Of a stretch of 53,180 nucleotides of DNA, positions 39,126-47,705 are shown piece by piece. The position numbers and the translations under genes were made by a program. Under the pieces are notes generated by a model. It did no database searches and was not told the DNA's origin. It saw only the letters and a program-made list of their open reading frames with translations. The DNA is from a virus (Duplodnaviria > Caudoviricetes). Every line of letters starts with the position of its first letter. The first letter of the stretch is position 1. The DNA lies in IMG/VR virus record IMGVR_UViG_3300024255_000034, positions 1 to 53,180 of that record; one strand, given 5' to 3'.

Positions 39126-39869
39126 ATGGCAACTAAAACTAAGTTCTTTACCGATTTAGGATTTCAATCCTTAGATAACAGCACCGTAGACGGAGACTTA
39201 ACAGTCACTGGAAACTTTACTGTTCAAGGAACTAGTTTAACAATTGACTCGACAACAGTTTCAGTTACTGATTCTATGTTTGAACTTGCAAGTGGAAACA
39301 CTACAAGTGATATTATTGACATAGGTATATACGGAAACTATGATGACGGATTATCAGATGGTTCAAGTGAATTTACAGGTCTTTTTAGAGACGCAACTGA
39401 TTCAACTTGGAAATTATTTGATGGACTGGAGGTCGAGCCAGGAAATACAGTAAACATTAGTGGAACGGGTTATGCATATGCAGACTTTAAAGCTGGTGAT
39501 ATAGAAGCAACAGGTCAGTTAACTGCAGTAGGCCCACTCTCTTTAAGTAATTTGAGAATGGATGCAGACCAAAATTTAACAACAACTGCAACAACAGAAG
39601 TAGATTTAGATACATTTCCATTACTGAGTTATAGAAGTGCAAAGTATCATATACAAGCATCACAAGGAACTAACTACCATGCAACAGAAGTTATGGTAAT
39701 ACATAATTCTACCAATGCTTATTTCTCTCAATTTGGTGACATCTATACAAACAACTCACTTTTTAGTTTGTCGGTTGACACAAATTCAGGAAATGTTAGA
39801 CTAAGGGTCACTCCTGCTTCAGCATCTTCTACTGCATTCAAAATAAGTAGAAATTTATTAAAAGTTTAG
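39126..39869 (+). CDS. Fibre-associated structural protein
   Basis: GNFTVQGT domain, GLFRDATD motif and C-terminal YRSAKY...HATEV domain. Confidence 0.7.
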   Translation: MATKTKFFTDLGFQSLDNSTVDGDLTVTGNFTVQGTSLTIDSTTVSVTDSMFELASGNTTSDIIDIGIYGNYDDGLSDGSSEFTGLFRDATDSTWKLFDGLEVEPGNTVNISGTGYAYADFKAGDIEATGQLTAVGPLSLSNLRMDADQNLTTTATTEVDLDTFPLLSYRSAKYHIQASQGTNYHATEVMVIHNSTNAYFSQFGDIYTNNSLFSLSVDTNSGNVRLRVTPASASSTAFKISRNLLKV

Positions 39870-39951
39870 TAAAAAAACGTACTTTATGAAGAACAGTATC
39901 TTCTAAATAGTATGTAGATAAAGTAATTTTTCAAATAGGACACACGAAAAA

Positions 39952-40182
39952 ATGGCAACACAAAACAAATTTGTAGTAGAATACGGAGTCAGTGTTGGAA
40001 CCACTGAAGTAATCAATTCATCAGGTAAGATAGTTGCAGGTGCAATATCAGATTTAACTACTGATAATCTTGCAGAAGGTTCCGCTAAGTACTACGCAAA
40101 CTCATTAGTAGATACGCATCTTTCAGATGCATCTACATCAAAAACTCTGGCAAATGTTCAGATTGATGGAGGAACATTATAA
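39952..40182 (+). CDS. Small structural protein ending IDGGTL
   Basis: N-terminus paralogous to 40182 (F.V..G.SVG..EVI.S.G); TCTAAATA at 39902. Confidence 0.7.
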   Translation: MATQNKFVVEYGVSVGTTEVINSSGKIVAGAISDLTTDNLAEGSAKYYANSLVDTHLSDASTSKTLANVQIDGGTL

Positions 40183-42137
40183 TGGCTGGAGAAAAGAATT
40201 TTAATATTAAAAATGGTCTATCCGTTGGTGGTGTAGAAGTTATAACTAGTGCTGGTGCTTTAACTGGTAGTGCAATAACAGAATCGATTGACGATAGAGT
40301 TAATAGTCTATTAACAGCAGGAACAGGTATTTCATTATCTTATGATGACGGTGCAAATACACTTACAATTAACGGACAACAAGGTGATATCACTGGTGTT
40401 AACGCTGGTGCAGGTTTAACTGGTACTGCAACTTCAGGTGATGCAACACTAAACATTGGTGCTGGTACAGGTATCACTGTAAATGCAGATGATATTGCAG
40501 TTAATATGTCTGCATTCGATACAGACGACCTTTCAGAAGGTTCGACAAACGAATATTTTACAGATGCAAGAGCAAGAGCATCAATTAGTGTAAGTGGAGA
40601 TTTGTCCTATAACTCTACAACTGGTGTATTATCATTCACTAATGATGCAGGTGATATAGAAAGTGTCACTGCTGGAGACGGTTTATCAGGTGGTGGAACT
40701 ACAGGTGCATTATCACTTGCAGTAAATGTTGACGATAGTTCAATCGAAACAAGTTCAGATGCATTACAAGTAAAAGCACTTGGTATTACAGATGCTATGT
40801 TGGCAGGTTCTATTTCAAACGGAAAACTTGCTAATAGTTCAATTTCAATCAACTCAAATGCAACTGCCTTAGGTGGTGCAGTCACACTGGATACTGGTGA
40901 TATATCAGAAAATGGAAATTTATATCATACTTCAGAAAGAGTTGACGATAGAGTAAATGCATTAATTACTGCTGGTACTAATATAACAACAACATATGAT
41001 GATACAGCTGGTACACTTACAATTAACTCTTCAGGTAAAACACAAGAAGAAATAGAAGACATTGTAAATGGATTAGTAGTTGGTGGAACAAACATCACTT
41101 CAACTTATGATGATACTGCAGGAACACTAACACTTGCTGGATTATCAGATGCAGATGTCAGAGGATTAGTATCTGCTGGTGGAGATTTATCATACAACAG
41201 TTCAACTGGTGCATTCTCATTTACAGAAAGAACAGATGCAGAAGTAAGAGGACTAATATCGGTAACAGATAACGCTGGAGACGGCTCACTTGCATACAAT
41301 AGTTCAACTGGTGCAATCACATATTCAGGTATCAGTGATTCACAAGTAAGAGGTAAATTATCAGTAACAGATTCAGGTGGAGATGGTTCACTTTCGTATA
41401 ATTCAGGTACTGGTGTAATAACATATACAGGCCCAAGTGCTTCAGAAGTTCGTGCTCATTTAAGTGCAGGTACTGGTGTTGGATTCAGTGGTGGTGCAAT
41501 TAGTATTGGACAGGCAGTTGGAACTTCTGATAACGTATCTTTTGGAGACCTTACACTTTCAGGCGACTTAACAGTTAACGGCACAACAACTACTGTTAAC
41601 ACTGCAACCCTTAATGTCTCAGATAACATTGTTGTTGTTAATAATGATGTGACTGGAACACCTAGTGAAGACGCTGGTCTTGAAGTAGAAAGAGGAACTT
41701 CTTCTAATGTGTCTCTACTATGGGACGAATCAGAAGACGAATGGACATTCGGTTCTTACAATGTTAAGGCATCTTCTTTTGAAGGTTCATTGACAGGAAA
41801 CGCTTCTACTGCATCTAGTGCTGCTCAATTAACGAGTGCAAGAACAATCAGTTTGGGTGGAGACCTTTCAGGTTCTGCTTCATTTAATGGTACTTCAGAC
41901 ATTACAATTACAGCTGCAGTTGCAGATGATTCACATAATCACACAATTGCAAATGTTGATGGATTACAGACTGCCTTAAACACTAAATATGAGAGTGGTT
42001 CTAATGCAACACTAGGAACAATAACAACTAGTAATACATCGAACTCAGGTGGATATGTGAGAAACATATATCAATCAACTTCATCTCCTACAGGTAGTGA
42101 TGGTGCAGTTGGTGATTTATGGGTTCTATACTCTTAA
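40182..42137 (+). CDS. Tail fibre-like protein 2
   Basis: Internal repeats (AGTNITTTYDDTAGTLT; GDGSLSYNS); ends SSPTG...GDLWVLYS. Confidence 0.75.
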   Translation: MAGEKNFNIKNGLSVGGVEVITSAGALTGSAITESIDDRVNSLLTAGTGISLSYDDGANTLTINGQQGDITGVNAGAGLTGTATSGDATLNIGAGTGITVNADDIAVNMSAFDTDDLSEGSTNEYFTDARARASISVSGDLSYNSTTGVLSFTNDAGDIESVTAGDGLSGGGTTGALSLAVNVDDSSIETSSDALQVKALGITDAMLAGSISNGKLANSSISINSNATALGGAVTLDTGDISENGNLYHTSERVDDRVNALITAGTNITTTYDDTAGTLTINSSGKTQEEIEDIVNGLVVGGTNITSTYDDTAGTLTLAGLSDADVRGLVSAGGDLSYNSSTGAFSFTERTDAEVRGLISVTDNAGDGSLAYNSSTGAITYSGISDSQVRGKLSVTDSGGDGSLSYNSGTGVITYTGPSASEVRAHLSAGTGVGFSGGAISIGQAVGTSDNVSFGDLTLSGDLTVNGTTTTVNTATLNVSDNIVVVNNDVTGTPSEDAGLEVERGTSSNVSLLWDESEDEWTFGSYNVKASSFEGSLTGNASTASSAAQLTSARTISLGGDLSGSASFNGTSDITITAAVADDSHNHTIANVDGLQTALNTKYESGSNATLGTITTSNTSNSGGYVRNIYQSTSSPTGSDGAVGDLWVLYS

Positions 42138-42179
42138 TTAGAGTATAGAATTTTTTAACTTTTTAAGGTAATATAGAAT

Positions 42180-43595
42180 ATGGCAACAGGGTCACAAAAG
42201 GTAAAAACCCCTTCGGGTTGGAATTCAACTCAGGGTGGTTGGGTAAAAACAGGTTCTACAACATGGAAAGCTGTTGACCAAATATATGTAAAAACACCTA
42301 CAGGGTGGAATGCTGCTTCAGGACAACAATCTGTTCAACAACCATACCCATACATTGCAAATAGTCAGACTCCATATATTGCTAATAGACAAAATCCTTA
42401 TCCGTATATCGCAAATGCACAGACCCCATATATCGCTAATGCACAAAATCCTTATCCGTATATTGCTAATGCACAAAGTCCTTATATTGCTGATGCTCAA
42501 CAACCATATCCGTATATAGCAAACAGTCAGACTCCATATATTGCTAATGCTAGACAACCTAGTACATATCAACATAGGTCGCCGTTTACATATCAAAATC
42601 CTTCAAATAAACAGTCACCTTATATTGCATCTGCACAACAGGCATATCCTTATATTGCATCTGCACAAGAACCTAATATTAGGTCAGCACAACAACCATA
42701 TCCGTATATTGCTAATGCTAGACAACCTAATACGTATAACCATAGGTCTCCATTTACATACAGAAACCCTGTAAATGGTCAAACACCTTATATTGCGAAT
42801 GCTAGAAGTCCAAGAGGATACAGAAATCCTGTAAATGGTCAAACACCTTATATTGCAAATGCTAGAAGTCCAAGAGGATACAGAAATCCTGTAAATGCAC
42901 AACAACCTAACATAAGGAATAGTCAAGCACCATTTACGTATAACGCTAGATATCCTGCAAATGCTCAGAGTCCTAGTAATAAACAAAGTCCTTTCACTTA
43001 TAACGCTAGATACCCTGCAAATGCTCAGTCACCTAGTAGTAGACAGAGTCCATTTACATACAATGCTAGATACCCTGCGAATGCTCAGAGTCCTAGTAGT
43101 AGTCAGAGTCCATTTACATATAGTTTCAGAAGTCCGACCACATATACTTATCCCGACCCTGCAGTTTGGGGCCCGTATCCAGTAACAGGTGGTTTATTAT
43201 CTAGTTATGCTTACTATTATGACGGATTTAGAAGTGCAAATCCAGTTGCGCCAACACAATATGGTGGTAGTTTTGGTTCAAGTCCTTGGCCTAATCTGCC
43301 AAGTCCTTACACACAAAAACAATATTGGTTGAATAGACCTAGTAGTTCTGTGTTATCAGGAACACTAAATCTTGGAAACTTTGCGCCAGGAATAACACTT
43401 GGTAGTCAATTTAGTTATCTTCAAATTATTAAAAGTGGTGTGACTACAAATATACCTTATGCAACCTTTACACCAAATGGTGGGCCTATGGCACCACCAT
43501 CTACTATGTGGAGTGGAAGTATGCCTATTGTCACATCGCAATTTCCAACTCATATAATTTTTAACGGTCAGAGCGTCACATTAGCATTATTTTAA
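42180..43595 (+). CDS. Repeat fibre protein C (Pro/Tyr/Gln repeats plus 153 aa head domain)
   Basis: 54 aa N-terminus with three VKT...W motifs, 264 aa in 35 units, head domain shared with 33247. Confidence 0.85.
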   Translation: MATGSQKVKTPSGWNSTQGGWVKTGSTTWKAVDQIYVKTPTGWNAASGQQSVQQPYPYIANSQTPYIANRQNPYPYIANAQTPYIANAQNPYPYIANAQSPYIADAQQPYPYIANSQTPYIANARQPSTYQHRSPFTYQNPSNKQSPYIASAQQAYPYIASAQEPNIRSAQQPYPYIANARQPNTYNHRSPFTYRNPVNGQTPYIANARSPRGYRNPVNGQTPYIANARSPRGYRNPVNAQQPNIRNSQAPFTYNARYPANAQSPSNKQSPFTYNARYPANAQSPSSRQSPFTYNARYPANAQSPSSSQSPFTYSFRSPTTYTYPDPAVWGPYPVTGGLLSSYAYYYDGFRSANPVAPTQYGGSFGSSPWPNLPSPYTQKQYWLNRPSSSVLSGTLNLGNFAPGITLGSQFSYLQIIKSGVTTNIPYATFTPNGGPMAPPSTMWSGSMPIVTSQFPTHIIFNGQSVTLALF

Positions 43596-43600
43596 TGGAG
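43141..43600 (+). repeat. Direct repeat copy 2 (head domain)
   Basis: About 92% identical to 34031-34490. Confidence 0.95.
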
Positions 43601-43608
43601 AATAATAA

Positions 43609-43896
43609 ATGTCAATAATAACACAAACAATAGATGGACAAGATTTTTATGTAAGAAGTCCACTTCCAACAGTCACATGTAATGGTGTGGATTATAGTGT
43701 ATCATGTACATTCCCACTTACGAATTACACTGTAGGTGGAAGTGTCGATACTGCAAATGCAATAGAACATTTTGAACTGTTGGAAACAGCAAGAATTAAT
43801 GAAGCAATAGTAGTTTCATACGGACTACCAGTAATAGAAGATGGCGTAGAAGTTTGGACTATAACAGACCAATACCCATACTTAACAGCGGTATAA
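43609..43896 (+). CDS. Hypothetical protein between C and D
   Basis: 95 aa ORF with GGAG SD. Confidence 0.7.
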   Translation: MSIITQTIDGQDFYVRSPLPTVTCNGVDYSVSCTFPLTNYTVGGSVDTANAIEHFELLETARINEAIVVSYGLPVIEDGVEVWTITDQYPYLTAV

Positions 43897-43911
43897 TAGG
43901 AAAATAAACAA

Positions 43912-44790
43912 ATGGCAATAGGAAATACCCAACAACCAAATATAGGAAATGCTAGACAACCTAATATTTATAGGAATCCCTTTACCTATAGGGTTCCGTA
44001 TATTGCCAATGCAAGACAACCTGTAATCTATAGGAATCCTTTTACATATAGGGTACCTTATATTGCTAATGCTAGACAACCTGTAATCTATAGGAATCCT
44101 TTTACATATAGAGTTCCGTATATTGCTAATGCTAGACAACCTAGTACGTATAACCATAGGTCTCCATTTACATATAGAAACCCTGTTGGATATCAGTTAC
44201 CGTTTACTTATAATAATAGACAACCATTTACATACAGAAATCCTGTTGGATATCAGTTACCGTTTACTTATAATAATAGACAACCATTTACATATAGAAA
44301 CCCTGTATCGGCACAAGAACCTAATATACGTAATAGTCAAACACCATTCACGTATGCAAGACAAGGTCAAACACCTTTCACATATCAACATAGAAGTCCG
44401 TTTACATATGCAAGACAGGGTAGAACACCATTTACATATCAAAATAGACAACCTGTAATTTATAGAAATCCTGTAAATGCACAAGAACCTAATATACGTA
44501 ACAGACAAACACCTTTCACATATCAGAACAGACAGCCTGGAACTTATCAGAGAACTGGTCAAACTCCATTCACTTATCAGAATAGACAACCTGTAACATA
44601 TGCAAGACAAGGTCAAACACCTACTACATATCAAAACAGACAACCTAGTACATATGCTAGACAAGGTCAGACACCTACTACATATCAAAACAGACAACCT
44701 GGCACATATGCTAGACAAGGTAGAACACCTGTTATCCGTTGGGACGGTGCATTACAACAAAACTGGCCAGGAACACCTATATCCTCTTAA
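43912..44790 (+). CDS. Repeat fibre protein D (mirror partner of C)
   Basis: MAIGNTQQP start, 264 aa in 35 units, 20 aa tail. Confidence 0.85.
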   Translation: MAIGNTQQPNIGNARQPNIYRNPFTYRVPYIANARQPVIYRNPFTYRVPYIANARQPVIYRNPFTYRVPYIANARQPSTYNHRSPFTYRNPVGYQLPFTYNNRQPFTYRNPVGYQLPFTYNNRQPFTYRNPVSAQEPNIRNSQTPFTYARQGQTPFTYQHRSPFTYARQGRTPFTYQNRQPVIYRNPVNAQEPNIRNRQTPFTYQNRQPGTYQRTGQTPFTYQNRQPVTYARQGQTPTTYQNRQPSTYARQGQTPTTYQNRQPGTYARQGRTPVIRWDGALQQNWPGTPISS

Positions 44791-44823
44791 ACACTAAATA
44801 AGTGTGAGAGGATATAATATATT

Positions 44824-46395
44824 ATGGACAAATTAAAAACTTTAGAGCAAACAAAAGAACTTTTAACATTCCCCGAGTCATTCAAAGATTTAGACCATAG
44901 GTCTAGAAGAGATATAGACCAATGGCATTTAGGTGCAATAAACGACTTATCTAACATAGACGAAGACTCAGAATTTTTTAAGATTTTGGAATACATGTTT
45001 GAAAACATGCCTCCACTTAAATTATGTAAATGGTCTGATTTAGAACAACTTAGAAGAGACGGTAAACTAATTGGTTGGCAAGGTCTCAGATTTCAAGCAA
45101 ACTCATATCATAGATTCTTACCCGAAATTTATACATCAGGTTCCATTAATGAACATGGCGCTCCTTCTACAAAATTTGCAGTATCAGAACCTATAAATGA
45201 TAAAGAAGTTTATATTGGAGACTATGCAGGAGAAGAACTCGAAGAAGGGGATTTTGAAGCAGAAGACTTTCCAATTGCACTAAACTCAATGTATTATCAT
45301 AGTGCAAAAGCACATTGGTTAACTCAAAGTATACAAGAAGAGGGATTGTGGGCACCTATACAGGGTCTTACACAAATGTGTGGAGATAGAATACAATTAA
45401 TGATTCACCCAGGCTCTGTTCGTTCAGGTTGTTTTGAAGAAATGGAAGACCCAACTCATGAATTATTATTATGGGATTCACATGATATTATACCATCAAA
45501 TCCATTAACAGTCAAGCAATGTTTAGAGTACTGGCAAGATAAAGTTTGTAATGGGGTTAGGAAACCAAAGTACAAAGGTCTTTCTGCAATATGGACAATG
45601 GGAACTATAGAGTTCCAAGCAGACTTTAGTAATGTAGATTTTAGAAAGTATGTTTGGGAACATAGTGAAAAGGTCACTAAACTTGCAAAAGGAAAACCTC
45701 TCAATATTTACATTGGGTATGATAGTAGGCACAATGGATTAGAAAATGTATGTAAGGAATCTATACTAAAGTCTATAAAACAATCTATTGGGGGTGGAAG
45801 ACTTGTAAACTATAATAAGTTTATACCCGAAATTAAATTTTTAGATGTGTCTAAGATACCCGAATACAAAAGACCATATGAGAATCAATCCACATGGTTT
45901 ACATACAGTAGATTCTTAATCCCTTACTTAGAAAACTATGAGGGGTTCAGTTTGTTTATAGATGATGATTTCATTTTTAGTAAATCATTACTACCTATGT
46001 TTTACTATTTAAATACAGATGATGCAATTGCATGTATTAAGTATCCTCAAATAAAACATGATGAAACTAAATTTGACGGAGAAGTAAACATAGATTATCC
46101 ATGTAAGTTATGGTCTTCAATGATGTTCTTTAATAATGGACATGAAGACTGTAAAAAGTTAACACCCGAAGTTGTGAATACATGGACTGGAGCTCAATTA
46201 CACCAATTTGAATGGACTGATAAAATTAGTCCTATACCTGAAAAATATATATTTGTTGAAGGGTATGATAACCCTGATGTAAAGTGGGACTATAGCGGAA
46301 TCCATTATACTAGGGGAGGCCCGTGGATAAATGACATGGATTCTAGTCACATAAATAACTTAGAAGATTATAATAAAGTAAAAAATCTATTGTAA
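44824..46395 (+). CDS. Fusion of a ParB/Srx-like domain and a GT-A glycosyltransferase
   Basis: WLTQSIQEEGLWAP...IHPGSVR, then IYIGYDSR, STWFTYSRFLIPYL, FIDDDF, WSSMMFFN and IHYTRGGPW. Confidence 0.75.
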   Translation: MDKLKTLEQTKELLTFPESFKDLDHRSRRDIDQWHLGAINDLSNIDEDSEFFKILEYMFENMPPLKLCKWSDLEQLRRDGKLIGWQGLRFQANSYHRFLPEIYTSGSINEHGAPSTKFAVSEPINDKEVYIGDYAGEELEEGDFEAEDFPIALNSMYYHSAKAHWLTQSIQEEGLWAPIQGLTQMCGDRIQLMIHPGSVRSGCFEEMEDPTHELLLWDSHDIIPSNPLTVKQCLEYWQDKVCNGVRKPKYKGLSAIWTMGTIEFQADFSNVDFRKYVWEHSEKVTKLAKGKPLNIYIGYDSRHNGLENVCKESILKSIKQSIGGGRLVNYNKFIPEIKFLDVSKIPEYKRPYENQSTWFTYSRFLIPYLENYEGFSLFIDDDFIFSKSLLPMFYYLNTDDAIACIKYPQIKHDETKFDGEVNIDYPCKLWSSMMFFNNGHEDCKKLTPEVVNTWTGAQLHQFEWTDKISPIPEKYIFVEGYDNPDVKWDYSGIHYTRGGPWINDMDSSHINNLEDYNKVKNLL

Positions 46396-46418
46396 TTTAA
46401 ACATAATTGAGGTATAAT
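46390..46418 (+). promoter_or_regulatory. Sigma70-like promoter, leaderless geometry for the 46425 gene
   Basis: TTGTAA, 17 nt spacer, TATAAT; ATG 6 nt downstream. Confidence 0.55.
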
Positions 46419-46424
46419 AACAGT

Positions 46425-46982
46425 ATGAACGCACTAATTTACACGGAAGACCAAAAGTTAATAATCAGAAAACCAAATGGTTTACAATACGAGTTTGCAA
46501 ATACAGACCAACCTGAACTTGGATTTGATTTTGATGTATTGGTATATGACGATATTGAAGTCATAATAGAAAAATGGGAAGATGGAAAGTGTTTTGACGA
46601 CCAAGTACAAAGGCCTGTCACTGGGGGTGAGAAAGAAATCATTGAAAACTATATTTCAAACTCTGAACCTCCTGTAGGAATAACATTAAATAATCAATAT
46701 GCACAAGACTTAATGAATCAACTTAAAGGAAACGTAGATGATTTTATGGGGAACTATGGTTTTGAAGACTTAACAGAAGTCACTTTTGCAGGTAGAGAGG
46801 GCTCTAATCACCCATATAGGTCTAATGCAAGAAGAGTAATGGAATACACTGATTCTCAGTATGTCATATATGACCAGTTAGTAAATGAAATATTTGCAAC
46901 TAGAGAAGACCATTTAAAAGATATACAAGAATATATAAACCAACTTCCTATAGCAAGTTTATTGCCTGACCACGAAAGATAA
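46425..46982 (+). CDS. Hypothetical acidic protein (ATG start at 46425)
   Basis: MNALIYTEDQK...; open frame. Confidence 0.7.
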   Translation: MNALIYTEDQKLIIRKPNGLQYEFANTDQPELGFDFDVLVYDDIEVIIEKWEDGKCFDDQVQRPVTGGEKEIIENYISNSEPPVGITLNNQYAQDLMNQLKGNVDDFMGNYGFEDLTEVTFAGREGSNHPYRSNARRVMEYTDSQYVIYDQLVNEIFATREDHLKDIQEYINQLPIASLLPDHER

Positions 46983-46985
46983 GTC

Positions 46986-47705
46986 ATGTATGATGACATA
47001 AAAGTCGTCCACATAGACGAACCTTTTAAAATAAAAGATTTACCACTTAAAGATATCTATGTCTTAGATAACTATCTAGCAACTGAACTACATCATCATT
47101 TTGATGATTACATAGTTGCTAATAACCTTTGGTCTAAAACTAATCAAGTAGGTAGTGGGAGTCCAACGGGTCTACCTCATCATAGTTTTTGGGGTGCAAC
47201 TTATTATAGAGAGGATATGAAATTGGAAAAAAATATGGATAAACTCCATACAGTATTTCCTTACTATTTAAACAGAAGACTACAAACAGAATTTGGATTT
47301 AAGTGGGAAAGATTTCAATACATGGGACTAAACTCACAAACACAAGGCCTACAAGGGACAACACACGCAGATTGTCAAGAGGAAGATGAATGGAATCTCT
47401 CATTCCTTTATTATACCAATAAGTTTTGGAATAAAGAGTGGGGTGGAACATTGAGGTTGTATAATGAAATGCAACAGGGATTAGACGGTAGACAAGAACA
47501 TATAGACAATCACCAAATTGCAGAAGTTGAGTTTAAACCAAACAGATTAATAATTTTTGACGGAAGGATACCACATGGTGCAGATGCACCCACTCCTTCA
47601 GCACGATATATAGATAGAAGGTCTCTTGTTTTAAGAGGGGACGAAGTAAGATTAGTAAAGGAAGAAGAATTTTTTCATGCCAACGATAGAATTTCACACA
47701 TATAA
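46986..47705 (+). CDS. 2OG-Fe(II) oxygenase, prolyl-hydroxylase-like
   Basis: HAD (HxD), WNKEWGG, FKPNRLIIFDGRIPH and a distal R. Confidence 0.85.
   Translation: MYDDIKVVHIDEPFKIKDLPLKDIYVLDNYLATELHHHFDDYIVANNLWSKTNQVGSGSPTGLPHHSFWGATYYREDMKLEKNMDKLHTVFPYYLNRRLQTEFGFKWERFQYMGLNSQTQGLQGTTHADCQEEDEWNLSFLYYTNKFWNKEWGGTLRLYNEMQQGLDGRQEHIDNHQIAEVEFKPNRLIIFDGRIPHGADAPTPSARYIDRRSLVLRGDEVRLVKEEEFFHANDRISHI

Noticed and set aside
34031-43600. Diversity-generating retroelement TR/VR pair
   Set aside because: Only about 17 of 36 mismatches have A in copy 1, both copies are intact coding ends, and no reverse transcriptase is present in the window
42342-44727. CRISPR array or DNA-level inverted repeat
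   Set aside because: The repeats are in-frame coding units with wobble variation and no unique spacers; C and D are not reverse complements
33196-44797. Many overlapping alternative-frame and antisense ORFs over the repeat genes
   Set aside because: These are shadows of low-complexity codon use, with no SD or family motifs
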